Part shown: positions 33,602-44,182 of the stretch, piece by piece
Layout: every line of letters begins with the position of its first letter
Position numbering within the stretch: position 1 is the stretch's first letter
Origin: an uncultured delta proteobacterium
Lineage (GTDB): Bacteria > Desulfobacterota > Binatia > UBA9968
DNA length: 64,000 nt
Assembly: GCA_963745835.1 (NCBI GenBank)
Contig: CAVUZH010000024.1
Coordinates: 224,001 to 288,000 of the forward strand
Reading direction: 5' to 3'
Made by a program: the position numbers and the translations under genes
Notes under the pieces: model-generated
Told to the model about the DNA's origin: nothing
Databases searched by the model: none
What the model saw: only the letters and a program-made list of their open reading frames with translations

Positions 33602-33916
33602 TTTACATTCCCCTTCAGCTTGTAGTCATCAGTCGATGACATCGTGCGGCGATAGCGAAAACGCGACTGAGCCGAAATCGCTGCCGGCCTGAGTGCGTTC
33701 TAGTTCTATATGGAGCGTTAGCTGTTTAGCGAGTACATATGCTAATACAATCTTTGCTTCTTGTAAACGCGTTCGGGAACAACCCAAATACCTGCCTTTC
33801 GTCTTGCGAATTTCATATACCCGATACTATTTTAGTAGCTTGTACCGCACTTGGCGCTTGAAAAAAGCTGCTGAATGCTGATAAGCCCGGAGTCACATTT
33901 ACTGACGGAGGCTCCC

Positions 33917-34247
33917 ATGCAATTTTGCAGGATGTATAGCGGCGCTGACGGGAAGTCACACTTCGAAGAGCTCGAACAAAATGCAGGTTCACAAGCTTTT
34001 CTTAAACTCATTGCCGGTGAAAGCGCTGGTTTTTAAGAACGACATGAACCGGGAGGATCTTCATGGTTGGCACAATGCGCCGCGTCGGCAGTGGTGTATT
34101 ACATTATCGGGGTCGGTGGAGATCGGCATCGGCGACGGAACGGTGAAAACATTCGGGCCAGGCGATGTTTTTCTCGCCGAAGACCTCACCGGCCAAGGGC
34201 ATACCGCCTTGCCAAAAGCTTGGGTGCGCGCATTCGTGCACGTATAA
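33917..34247 (+). CDS. Small cupin protein, frameshifted near 34000
   Basis: GGAGG RBS, MYSGADGKSHFE then WHNAPRRQ...EDLTGQGH in another frame. Confidence 0.75.
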
Positions 34248-34454
34248 CAATTTTCTCATCGCGGCTACAATCTTAGGCAACGCCCTGAAATTCGGCACCG
34301 CTGTATGATCAAAGCGCCGAGACAAACCCTTGGTGGCCTGAACAGAACCGGTTTAGCGCCGTTAGCCGAATGGCTCAGATCTTGGGCTTGATGGCGAGCG
34401 TCTCCTGAGTTCTAATACCGCAGTGAGCGATTTGGAAAAACGTCGAGGTGATTC

Positions 34455-35465
34455 ATGCATCGTTTTTCGGTGACCATTGCGATTCACGCAATAGTGATGA
34501 TCTCCGTGCTCTTCGCAGCACCGGTATCAGCCCAAGAAAAACTACGGGTTGGGTTGAGCTCGGTCAGCGCAACCAACGGCAGTATTTGGGTGGCTGAAGA
34601 CAAGGGATTGTTTCGAAAACACGGCATCGATGTCGAGGTGATCGTGGTTGGTGGCGGCGGCGCCCGCGTCGTTAGTTCCTTGGTTGCGGGTGACCTGCAC
34701 TTCTCAGTCGGTGGCGGCGAAGGATCTGTCCGTTCGCAGATCAGGGGAGCCGACACGGTCATCGCGGCCTCCTCGCTGAGCAAGGGACTGCAACGGATCA
34801 TGGCACGGCCCGAAATCAAAAGTTACCAGGAGCTCAAGGGTCGCAGAATCGGCATCACCCAGTACGGCTCGGCTGCGCATCTCGTTCTTCTTCTGATGCT
34901 CAAGAAGTGGAACATGCGAACCGATCAGGTACAGATTCTCCAGGTCGGCTCTTCTCCAGCCATGCTCGCGAGCCTCGACAAGGGCGGAATCGACGCCGCG
35001 GTATTGACCTTGCCTACTTTCTTCGTCGCTGAAGATCGCGGATACCGGATCGTCGGCGATCCAATCACGATGGACATCTTCTATTTGCAAAACACCCTGG
35101 AAAGCACGCGAGGTTTCTTGCGTAAAAACCGCGATGGCGCCGTCAGATTCATGCGCGGATATATCGAAGGAATCGCCTACTTCAAAAATAACAAGAAGGA
35201 GAGCCTCGATGTACTGCGAAAAAAGCTTAGGATTCAGTCCGAGCAGGAACGCGACAATCGATATCTTGAGCAGTCATACAATCTCCTCGCAACCGCGTAC
35301 AATGATGTTCCTTATCCGGCGTTGAAAAGCGTCCAGACGATCATCGACAAAGTCGCCGAAGATGAGCCCAAAGTGAAAGAGAGAGACGTTAAGTCGTTTG
35401 TAGATGATACTCTCATCAAAGAGTTAGAGGACAGTGGTTTTACCAAAGCGCTGTATGCTCGGTAA
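34455..35465 (+). CDS. ABC substrate-binding protein (SsuA/NMT1/THI5-like)
   Basis: Signal peptide, WVAEDKGLFRKHGIDVE, ELKGRRIGITQYGS. Confidence 0.88.
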   Translation: MHRFSVTIAIHAIVMISVLFAAPVSAQEKLRVGLSSVSATNGSIWVAEDKGLFRKHGIDVEVIVVGGGGARVVSSLVAGDLHFSVGGGEGSVRSQIRGADTVIAASSLSKGLQRIMARPEIKSYQELKGRRIGITQYGSAAHLVLLLMLKKWNMRTDQVQILQVGSSPAMLASLDKGGIDAAVLTLPTFFVAEDRGYRIVGDPITMDIFYLQNTLESTRGFLRKNRDGAVRFMRGYIEGIAYFKNNKKESLDVLRKKLRIQSEQERDNRYLEQSYNLLATAYNDVPYPALKSVQTIIDKVAEDEPKVKERDVKSFVDDTLIKELEDSGFTKALYAR

Positions 35466-35644
35466 CGAAACGCAGGGCGATTCCAAATCGAGGGTTTCGA
35501 TTTGTCAAACTGCAAGTCGATTCTTCTGTCCGTCGTCTCCGCGCATGCGGGAATCTAGGCTCTGTCTCATCTGCATTCCGCCTTTTTTAAGGGGATTTAG
35601 GAAAAGATACAAAATATTCAACACAGGGAATTAACTCTGCACAA

Positions 35645-36451
35645 CTAAACTTTGATAAACTCCCGAATTAACCTATGAGCTTCGTCAGGATTTGAGAAGA
35701 AATAGCTATGACGCTCGTTGGGTAGCACGACGAGCCTGGAATTGGGGATTCCATTGGCTAAGATTTCCGATGACATTCGGTGATTCATCTCGCTGGTCAT
35801 GTTCCGGTCCCCGTCACCGACTAGGATCAGCGTCGGCTGTTTGATGTCCTTTAGTCGTTGGCTCGTATCGTGGCTTTGACGCGCGAGCAAGTGACGCAAA
35901 TAGAATTCCACCGGGCAGAGATTGTGCATTCTCACTTTTAAATAGTTTTCGATCTTTTCGGGATGAGATTTGACATACTCCTCGGTCCAACCGACCAAGA
36001 TGGTATGATCCCGTTCGTATTTCTCGTATCCCCATTCGATCATTTCCTTACAGATCTTTAACGGCAAGCCTTTGGTCAGCGGATAATGCGCCCCGGTCGA
36101 AGCTAACACCAGTTTGTGAACTTTGCTTGGATGATCGAGGGCGAGCAACTGCGCCACCCTACCGCCCATCGAATGGCCCACAACGATCGCATTTTCGGCG
36201 TCGAGATGATCCATCAAAGCGACGACGTCCTCGGCGAACATCGTCGTGGTGTAATCGATGGAGGGTTTGCTCGACTGACCGGTGCCGCGATAGTCGTGAA
36301 TGATCACGCGATGGTCGCGGGAAAACTCCTCGATTTGATTGATCTTCCAAACCTCGCCGTCGCACGCGGTTTCGCTCAGAAATACCATCGGGCGGCCCTT
36401 GCCGTGCTCTTCGTAGTAAATTTCCACGTCGTTCACTTTGACGGTAGGCAT
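35645..36451 (-). CDS. Alpha/beta hydrolase
   Basis: HDYRGTGQS, GHSMGG nucleophile elbow, C-terminal His (NERHS). Confidence 0.9.
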   Translation of the reverse strand: MPTVKVNDVEIYYEEHGKGRPMVFLSETACDGEVWKINQIEEFSRDHRVIIHDYRGTGQSSKPSIDYTTTMFAEDVVALMDHLDAENAIVVGHSMGGRVAQLLALDHPSKVHKLVLASTGAHYPLTKGLPLKICKEMIEWGYEKYERDHTILVGWTEEYVKSHPEKIENYLKVRMHNLCPVEFYLRHLLARQSHDTSQRLKDIKQPTLILVGDGDRNMTSEMNHRMSSEILANGIPNSRLVVLPNERHSYFFSNPDEAHRLIREFIKV

Positions 36452-36606
36452 CGCTCCTCCTCGTAGCCCGCTCGCTTTCTACTGACTCGATGCATATTCA
36501 AAGAAAGTTTGCTTGGCAAGAACCGGGGCAAAATTCCTTGACTGGAGACTCGCCATGGCGATATTGCAAAAACCTGCCGCGGATTTTTTGGCAACTCGGA
36601 GGCTCA

Positions 36607-37620
36607 ATGAAAGAAATCTCGTTTCCGTGCTTAATTTTGCGGATTTGTTTGTTTCTCTTATCGCCGGCACCCGGTTTGGTTCTTGCGCAGCAACCGGTCA
36701 AACTCGCCTTCCCTTACGGTCCGCTCGGGCTCAACAGCGTCCCCTGGATAGTGGCTAAAGAAATCCGCATCTTCGAGAAGAACGGCCTGGACCTCGATAT
36801 GGTGTACGTCGGCGCGTCGGCGGTAATTGTTCAGTCGATGCTTTCCGGCTCGTCCAATGTCGCAGGTTTTGGCGGTCCAGCCGTCATCACCAACGTCCTG
36901 CGCGGCGGTGATATCATCCAAGTCGCCGCAATGGCCCCTTACTTTACCCAGTCTTTGTTCGTTCGTCCCGATATTCGCGATCTGCGCAGCCTCGACGGCA
37001 AAAAAATTGGCATAACGCGGTTCGGCTCGGTCACCGATTTCGCGCTTAGATCCATCATCGAGAGGCACAACATCAAGGGTGTGAACGTTCTTCAAATGGG
37101 CGGCTTCCCGGAAGCCGTCGCCGGACTGTCGCGCGGAGCAATCGACGGCGCAGTTTTTTCACCGCCGCACAATTTTCGCATGCTCAAAGAAGGCTTTCGC
37201 GAGCTGGTCTCGCAGAAGGATCTACGCGCGTTCGGCAGCGGATTTCTCACCCAAGGGATTGTCGCGCGGAGATCATTTGCCGCGACTCACCGCGAGATTA
37301 TTGTCCGGCTGATCAAATCCACGGTCGAGGGCACTAAATACGCCGTGACTAATGAAGATTCGACGAAGCGAATCATTGGAAAATATCTCGGCATTAGCGA
37401 CGGCGACCTCTTACGCCAGAGTTATCTTTATGTTGTTGACACTTTCGTTCGTGAGCCCTTCGTCCCCGAAAGCGTGATGCAGGCAATGGTACAGCGCATG
37501 GTCGAGGTCAATATGATCGACGTGAAATCCGCCCAAGCAACGCTGACCACCGCTTACTACGACAACTCGTACGTCGCTGAACTGAAGCAGAGCGGTTTCC
37601 TCGACAATATTTGGAAGTAA
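36607..37620 (+). CDS. ABC substrate-binding protein (SsuA/NMT1-like)
   Basis: GGAGG RBS, signal peptide, IFEKNGLD, LDGKKIGITRFGS. Confidence 0.88.
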   Translation: MKEISFPCLILRICLFLLSPAPGLVLAQQPVKLAFPYGPLGLNSVPWIVAKEIRIFEKNGLDLDMVYVGASAVIVQSMLSGSSNVAGFGGPAVITNVLRGGDIIQVAAMAPYFTQSLFVRPDIRDLRSLDGKKIGITRFGSVTDFALRSIIERHNIKGVNVLQMGGFPEAVAGLSRGAIDGAVFSPPHNFRMLKEGFRELVSQKDLRAFGSGFLTQGIVARRSFAATHREIIVRLIKSTVEGTKYAVTNEDSTKRIIGKYLGISDGDLLRQSYLYVVDTFVREPFVPESVMQAMVQRMVEVNMIDVKSAQATLTTAYYDNSYVAELKQSGFLDNIWK

Positions 37621-37711
37621 ATGATGTCATTCGCTTGACGGCCAATCGCTATTTCACGTAGTTTGCGTTTAATTGGTCAATGATGGTTTTCACAATACTT
37701 GGAGTAATCCC

Positions 37712-38734
37712 ATGCCGGGCTGGATAAGAGTAGTTTTTTGCATTACCGTCGTTCTCCTCCTCACGCTCGTGGCCGCGAGTGCGCGCGCTCAAGACAAAAT
37801 TCGCATCGGTCTTAGCTCCATCAGCGCGACCTCCGGCAGTATATGGGTCGCCGAAGAAAAAGGGCTCTTCAAAAAGCATGGCATCGACGCAGAGGTCATT
37901 ATTATAGGCGGCGGCGCAGCGCGTGTCGTCAGTTCGCTGATCGCGGGCGAGATTCAGTTCTCCGTCGGCGGGGGTGATGCGGTTATCCGAGCCGCCCTCA
38001 GAGGCGCAGATGGCGTGCTCGTGGCTTCGCCAATGAAGACGGGCTTGCAGCGACTGATGGTTCGGCCGGAGATTAAAACGCCGGCGGATCTTAAAGGCAA
38101 AACTATCGCGGTCACCCGCTTTGGCTCGGCATCACATTGGGTCCTGCAACTGTTTCTGCGCAAATGGGGCATGCGCCCCGATGACATCAAGATGCTCCAA
38201 CTCGGCTCGTCGCCGGCGATGTTCGCAAGCTTGGAAAAAGGCGCCGTAGACGGCGGGGCATTTACGATCCCGACATTCTTTCTTGCTGAAGAACGAGGCT
38301 ATCGGATCCTGGCCGACCCCGTGGACATGGAGATCTATTATTTGCAAAACTCCATCGACAGCACACGAGGCTACATTAAGCGCAACCGCGATCAGTCGCT
38401 GCGCGTTATCAAGGCCCTGTGCGAGGGTCTCGCCTATTTTCGAAAAAACAAAAAGGAAAGCATGGAGATCATGCAAAAAAAGCTGCGTATCCAATCCGCC
38501 CAGGAAAGAGACGTCAAGTATCTCGAGCTTTCCTATAACCTTTTAGCCGATAAGTTTTATAACCGAGTCCCCTACGCCACACCCAAAGCCGTCGAGACCA
38601 CCCTCGAGTTCATTGCTGGCGAGGAGCCGAAAGCCAAAGGCGCCGATCCCAAACAGTTTCTCGATGAAAGCCTGGTGCGCGAAGTCGAGGCCAGCGGCTT
38701 TATTAAAAAACTTTACGACACCGAGTATCGGTAA
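37712..38734 (+). CDS. ABC substrate-binding protein (SsuA/NMT1-like), close paralog of 34455
   Basis: GLSSISATSGSIWVAEEKGLFKKHG, KKLRIQSAQERD. Confidence 0.88.
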   Translation: MPGWIRVVFCITVVLLLTLVAASARAQDKIRIGLSSISATSGSIWVAEEKGLFKKHGIDAEVIIIGGGAARVVSSLIAGEIQFSVGGGDAVIRAALRGADGVLVASPMKTGLQRLMVRPEIKTPADLKGKTIAVTRFGSASHWVLQLFLRKWGMRPDDIKMLQLGSSPAMFASLEKGAVDGGAFTIPTFFLAEERGYRILADPVDMEIYYLQNSIDSTRGYIKRNRDQSLRVIKALCEGLAYFRKNKKESMEIMQKKLRIQSAQERDVKYLELSYNLLADKFYNRVPYATPKAVETTLEFIAGEEPKAKGADPKQFLDESLVREVEASGFIKKLYDTEYR

Positions 38735-38842
38735 CATTGATATGAACTTGAACACTTCGTTCAGCACGTGATCGGTTTATTCGATCGATCTGACGAGTTG
38801 AAAGATTTGAATGGCTTGAACGCTTTGAATAAAGGAGTTCGA

Positions 38843-39725
38843 ATGCCCGACTACAAAGAAATTCTTTATACCAAGCAGCGCGGCGGAGTCCTCATCACAT
38901 TGAATCGTCCCGAGGCGCTCAATGCCATCACCCGGCCAATGTTGAAAGAACTGCATGACGCCCTGGATGAAGCCGAAGCCGATCCCGACATCCGCGCCAT
39001 CGTCATCACCGGCGCCGGACGGGCATTCAGTTCGGGATTCGATCAAACCACCACTACAGGCCGACGCCGCGACATTCAGTGGCCCTACGGCATTCAGACC
39101 GGCATGAGCGCCGCCGGATCTGATGAACTACTGGAGCGCCGATGACGTCAAGCTCATCCGGATATTCGAGATGACCAAACCGGTGATCGGCGCGGTCAGA
39201 GGTTGGGCCATGGGGGGAGGCTGCTGGCTAGCTCTTTATACCCATATCACCATCGCTGCGGAGGATGCTGTTTTCGCCCAGCCGGAAGTGCGCCACGGCT
39301 CCAACACGACTTTTATGTGGACGCTTTTGGCCGGTTTCAAAAACGCCTTGCGCTATGGATTAGTCGGCGATCATATCGACGCTCAAGAAGCGCTGCGCAT
39401 CGGCCTGGTCAACAAAGTCGTGCCGGTCGATCAACTGCTGGAGGAAAGCTTCAACATCGTCGAGCGCATCGCCCATGTGCCTCCGGAAACAGTAAAGATC
39501 AATCTGCAAATTTCCACGATGGGGCTGCAGATGATGGGACTGCGCGACGCGCTGCGCATGGATGAGACTCTCTCCATTCCAGCCCACATGATGCTCAACG
39601 AGGAGTTTCGCCGTCCGCTCGACGAAGCTCGCGCCAGCCAAGGGACAAAGGCCTACCTGCAGTTGCGCGATGGGCCGTTTCAGCCGGAACCGTTTGGACC
39701 GCGATCGAAAAAAAAGACGGAGTAA
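38843..39725 (+). CDS. Enoyl-CoA hydratase/isomerase (crotonase) family, frameshifted near 39118
   Basis: ITLNRPEALNA, FSSGFD, AQPEVRHG; collinear with intact paralog at 43225. Confidence 0.85.
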
Positions 39726-39811
39726 TGGAGTGTTGGAGCAAAGGAGTATCGGTTTTCAGTCCCATCACTCGACGAGTTCACTACTCCATAACTCCAATTT
39801 TGAAACTAACT

Positions 39812-42037
39812 ATGACTAATTCGACAAATACCAGCACCGCCGTCATGTGGCGTGATCTCGCACCGCTCATGAATCCGCGCTCCGTGGCAATTATCGGCGC
39901 ATCGCAGCGTAGCGCATCGGCACTCAATCGCGAACCCAGAGGCAACCGGGTTATCCGCAATCTGAAAAGCTTCGGTTACCCCGGGCAAATCGTGGCGGTC
40001 AATCCCAAGTACAGCGAGGTTATGGATTACCCGTGCTATCCCGAGATCAGCGCGATTCCGCAACCTGTCGATTGCGTCGTCTTGGCTGTTCCCAATCGCC
40101 AGGTTCCCGACCTTCTGGAATCCGCGGCAGCTTCCGGAGTTCGCGCGGCGGTTGTCTTCTCCGCCGGCTTTGCCGAGACCGGGGCAGACGGAAAGCAACG
40201 CCAGGCAAGACTCGAAGCGCTTTCGCGCGACCGTGGCTTTTTGATCTGCGGTCCGAACTGCTACGGCGTTTTGAATGTGTTCGGGAAAGCGCCGCTCTTC
40301 GCCTCGACCATTCCGCAAGGATTTCTCGCCGGGCCGGTTGCCCTGGTTTCACAAAGCGGCGGTCTGAGCACGACCATCGCCAACGCGTTGATGTTGAATC
40401 GCCATGTCGGTCTAAGCCATATCGTCTCGTGCGGCAATCAGGCAGGCGCTACGGTCGAGGAATATTTTAACTACCTCGCCGAAGACGAAAACACCCGCGT
40501 AATTGCCGGCTTCGTCGAGGGCTTCAAGCAACCCCATCAACTACTGGCTGTGGCGCGCAAAGCCTCCGCACGGAACAAGCCTTTGATTATTTTGAAGGGG
40601 GGCAGATCGGAAGTCTCGCAACGGGCGGCGGCAACCCATTCGGGATCCCTTGCCGGAGCGGCGGAAGTCATTGATGCGGCGTTTCGTCAATCCGGCGTCG
40701 TCTCGGTTCGCAGCATAAATGAATTGATCGATGCGATCAGCGTTTTTTCCTGCGATGGGTTCGTTAAACACTACCGGGGTGGCAGGCGCATAGGCGTGCT
40801 CAGCGGCTCTGGCGGTGAATGCACATTGGTGTCCGACGCAGCCGCGAGCGTCGGCCTCGAAGTTCCGGAACTGACGGAATCGACGAAGTCGCATCTGCAA
40901 GAAGCCGTTGCCGATTTCGGCAATATGAATAACCCTCTCGATGGCACCGGCGCCATGTACGACGATGAAAAGATATTTCCCCGGTTGCTCCAGGCGCTGA
41001 TCGAGGACGCCAACATCGATGTCGTCACCGTCAACCTCGAAGCCAATGATCCAAGGCCGAAAGAATTAAAGAGCGGCAATCGATTCGCTCAGGCCATCGA
41101 GACAGCCGCAGCGTCGAGTCAAAAACCCATCGCATGTTTCAGTTCGGTTGTCGGCGGGCCGGTTGATCCCGAGATTCTTCTGCCGCTTCGTAAAGCCGGC
41201 GTGCCTCTCATGGAAGGCGCGGAATGCGCAACAACCACCATCCGCAATTTAGCCGAATTTTATGAATTTCAAGAAAGCCGGCAATCGGATGCAGCCGGAG
41301 ACCTGCGGGCTCCTGGTCGAAAACTCGCTTCCGGAATGCTGCCGGCTCAAGCCGCTTTCCAACTGCTCGAGGAATTCGGCATTTCAGCGACTCCGATGGC
41401 GCTGGCTCACAGCGCAGACGACGCAGCCGCGGTTGTCGAGCGCATCGGCTTCCCGGTCGCGCTCAAGATCGAATCCGCGCAGATCACGCATAAGAGCGAC
41501 GTGGGCGGAGTGGCGCTGAAGCTCTCCGACACAGCTGCAGTACGGAGTGCCTATAATCAAATGATCGCCGATGTGAGCCGCCGAGCGCCCCACGCAAAGC
41601 TCGACGGCGTTGTCGTGCAGCGGATGGCGCGCGAAGGCGTCGAGATGATCCTCGGCGTCAAGCGCGATCCACTTTTCGGCCCGGTCGTGCTCTGCGGGTT
41701 TGGCGGCATTCTCGTCGAACTTCTTAAAGATGTCAGCATCGGCATCCCGCCGCTATCGCGGCAACAGGCGCATGACATGCTCAAGCGCCTGCGTGGTTTT
41801 CCGATTCTCGCCGGCGCGCGCGGCAAGCCGGCTGCGGATATCGACGCGCTGTGTGAGGCAATCGTGGGCCTGTCCAAACTGGCCTGGAGCTTCGCTGACC
41901 AGCTCGCCGGCTTGGATATCAATCCGGTGATTGTGCTGCCAAAGGGCGAAGGCGTCGTCGCGGTCGATGCGCTGGTGGAAATTCAACTAATGGTAACCGT
42001 TCGCAGAAATTGCTTCGATGCGAACGCTGAGTCGTGA
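39812..42037 (+). CDS. ADP-forming acyl-CoA synthetase (acetate-CoA ligase family, fused alpha/beta)
   Basis: PRSVAIIGAS, GPNCYG, SQSG, ATHSGSLAG, NPLD, HKSDVGGV, DINP. Confidence 0.9.
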   Translation: MTNSTNTSTAVMWRDLAPLMNPRSVAIIGASQRSASALNREPRGNRVIRNLKSFGYPGQIVAVNPKYSEVMDYPCYPEISAIPQPVDCVVLAVPNRQVPDLLESAAASGVRAAVVFSAGFAETGADGKQRQARLEALSRDRGFLICGPNCYGVLNVFGKAPLFASTIPQGFLAGPVALVSQSGGLSTTIANALMLNRHVGLSHIVSCGNQAGATVEEYFNYLAEDENTRVIAGFVEGFKQPHQLLAVARKASARNKPLIILKGGRSEVSQRAAATHSGSLAGAAEVIDAAFRQSGVVSVRSINELIDAISVFSCDGFVKHYRGGRRIGVLSGSGGECTLVSDAAASVGLEVPELTESTKSHLQEAVADFGNMNNPLDGTGAMYDDEKIFPRLLQALIEDANIDVVTVNLEANDPRPKELKSGNRFAQAIETAAASSQKPIACFSSVVGGPVDPEILLPLRKAGVPLMEGAECATTTIRNLAEFYEFQESRQSDAAGDLRAPGRKLASGMLPAQAAFQLLEEFGISATPMALAHSADDAAAVVERIGFPVALKIESAQITHKSDVGGVALKLSDTAAVRSAYNQMIADVSRRAPHAKLDGVVVQRMAREGVEMILGVKRDPLFGPVVLCGFGGILVELLKDVSIGIPPLSRQQAHDMLKRLRGFPILAGARGKPAADIDALCEAIVGLSKLAWSFADQLAGLDINPVIVLPKGEGVVAVDALVEIQLMVTVRRNCFDANAES

Positions 42038-42144
42038 TCCCCGCGCAGTGAATTGTAGTCGCTTGGGATTCCACTCGCGCGCGCTGACCGATGATTCTTA
42101 CATTTACCGGAACCTTGATCCGGCAAATCGCACGCGGAGGAAAT

Positions 42145-43131
42145 ATGAAAAATCTTTTTTCAATATTTTTAATCCTGGCTAGTGCGGTTCTGACCGATCC
42201 GTCAAACTCGCACGCTCAGTCAAAGCCGCTCAAAGAGGTTCGCGTGCCCTACGCTCTCGGCGGGTCCACCGGATTCTTCTGGGTGGCGCAGCGCTCCGGC
42301 TCCTTTGAAAAATACGGCCTGAAGGTTCTGCCCATTTTCATGCGCGGCGGACGCGAGGCGGTGCAGGCGCTGATCTCTCGCGATGTTACGATGCTCCAGC
42401 AAGGGAGTTCCGGAGTGATCCTTGCGTGGGCACAGGGCGCCAAAGACCTCGTCGTTATAGGCGCCACTGGCAACAAACTGGACTACATTTTGGTGAGCAG
42501 CCCGGCCATCAAAAAGCCCGCCGATCTGAAAGGAAAGAAAATCGCCATCAGCCAGTTGGGCGCGAGCACCGATTTCATCGCTCGTCACGCCGTGCGCCAG
42601 CTCGGGTTGAATGAGAAGGACGTCACGCTCCTCAGCATCGGCGCCCAAGGGGAAAGGTGGGCGGCGTTAGCAGGCGGCCACGTTGACGCTTCGGTTTTTC
42701 AACCGCCGATCACCTTGCGCGCGCGCAAGGCAGGCTTGCCGATCTGGGTAGACTTTTCCAAGAGTGACTACGAATTCGTTGTCGCCGGTCCGGTCACCAC
42801 GCGCTCGTTCATCAAAACGGATCGCGAGACGGTGATGAATTTCATGCGAGGTTTGGCGGATGGTATGGAGTTCTACCGCGACGAGAAGAACAAGGACGCT
42901 GTCATCAAATACCTCGGTGAATTTTACAAATCGACCAACACCGAAGAACTGGAAGAGACCCGGCAGGTCTATCGGCAAGTCACCCCGGGTCTGCCGATCG
43001 TTACCTTGAAATCGATGGAAAACATGATCGCCAGCGATCGCATGTTATCGACCATGAACATCAATGGCGCCGATGTGATGGATCTGTCTTTCTTGAGACA
43101 GCTGGAAGAGGAACGGAAAATCAAAAAATAA
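42145..43131 (+). CDS. ABC substrate-binding protein (SsuA/NMT1-like)
   Basis: GGAGG RBS, signal peptide, DLKGKKIAISQLGAST. Confidence 0.88.
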   Translation: MKNLFSIFLILASAVLTDPSNSHAQSKPLKEVRVPYALGGSTGFFWVAQRSGSFEKYGLKVLPIFMRGGREAVQALISRDVTMLQQGSSGVILAWAQGAKDLVVIGATGNKLDYILVSSPAIKKPADLKGKKIAISQLGASTDFIARHAVRQLGLNEKDVTLLSIGAQGERWAALAGGHVDASVFQPPITLRARKAGLPIWVDFSKSDYEFVVAGPVTTRSFIKTDRETVMNFMRGLADGMEFYRDEKNKDAVIKYLGEFYKSTNTEELEETRQVYRQVTPGLPIVTLKSMENMIASDRMLSTMNINGADVMDLSFLRQLEEERKIKK

Positions 43132-43213
43132 GTTCCAACGGTTCCAGCAGTTCCAATAGTTCCAGGCGGTTTGCCGGCTCGGAACAATTGGAACGATTGG
43201 AACAACTGGAACG
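43132..43213. repeat. Period-9 inverted micro-repeat array (GTTCCA x4 / GGAAC x4)
   Basis: gttccaacg gttccagca gttccaata gttccaggc ... gctcggaac aattggaac gattggaac aactggaac. Confidence 0.85.
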
Positions 43214-43224
43214 AAGGAGCGTTG

Positions 43225-44106
43225 ATGCCCGACTATAAAGAAATACTTTACGAGAAACGCCGTGGCGGCGCTCTGATCACGCTCAACCGGCCGGAGGCGA
43301 TGAACGCGATCAGCCGCAGCATGATCAAGGAAATCCATCAAGCGCTCGACGACGTCGAAGAAGACAAGGAGATTCGCGCCGTTGTTCTGACCGGAGCCGG
43401 ACGGGCTTTTTCCGCCGGCATGGACCAGGGAAATCGAGCCGGCCGTCGCCGCGATATTCACTGGCCCTATGGCATTCTGACCGGGCAAAGCGCCGCCGAA
43501 GTCATCGATTCCTGGCGTGTCGACCCGCGCAACTTTCGCCGCATGTGGGAATTCGGCAAACCGATCATCGGGGCGATCAACGGTTGGGCCATGGGCGCAG
43601 GCTCATGGTTATCGCTGTTTACACACATTACGATCGCGGCGGAGAATGCCGTTTTCGCCCAACCAGAGGTGCGCCACGGGTCGAACACCAGCTTTATGTG
43701 GACGCTGCTAGGCGGCTATAAAAATGCGCTGCGCTACGGATTGACCGGCGATCATATCGACGCGCAGGAGGCCCTGCGCATCGGCCTTGTCGTCAAAGTC
43801 GTGCCGCCCGAAAAATTGCTCGACGAATGTTTCAATCTGGTCGAGCGCATTGCTCACGTGCCGCCGGAAACCGTCAAGATCAATCTCCAGGTTGCCACCA
43901 TGGGGCTGGACATGATGGGACTTCGCGACGCGTTGACATTTGACAGCCAGATGTCGGCGCCCGCGCATATCATGCTGCGCGAGGAGTTACGCAAGCCGCT
44001 TGATGAAACACGGACGAACCAAGGGATCCGGGAGTATTTGCAGATGCGCGATGGGCCGTTCCAACCGGAACCGTTTGGACCCAAGTCGAAGAAAAAGCCG
44101 GAGTAA
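43225..44106 (+). CDS. Enoyl-CoA hydratase/isomerase (crotonase) family
   Basis: AAGGAG RBS, ITLNRPEAMNA, FSAGMD, AQPEVRHG. Confidence 0.9.
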   Translation: MPDYKEILYEKRRGGALITLNRPEAMNAISRSMIKEIHQALDDVEEDKEIRAVVLTGAGRAFSAGMDQGNRAGRRRDIHWPYGILTGQSAAEVIDSWRVDPRNFRRMWEFGKPIIGAINGWAMGAGSWLSLFTHITIAAENAVFAQPEVRHGSNTSFMWTLLGGYKNALRYGLTGDHIDAQEALRIGLVVKVVPPEKLLDECFNLVERIAHVPPETVKINLQVATMGLDMMGLRDALTFDSQMSAPAHIMLREELRKPLDETRTNQGIREYLQMRDGPFQPEPFGPKSKKKPE

Positions 44107-44182
44107 TGGAGTATCGCAGTGATGGGCGCCAGCCTCTCACCCAGTATTCCAGTACTCTAATCTCAAATCAGAGGAGCGACCG

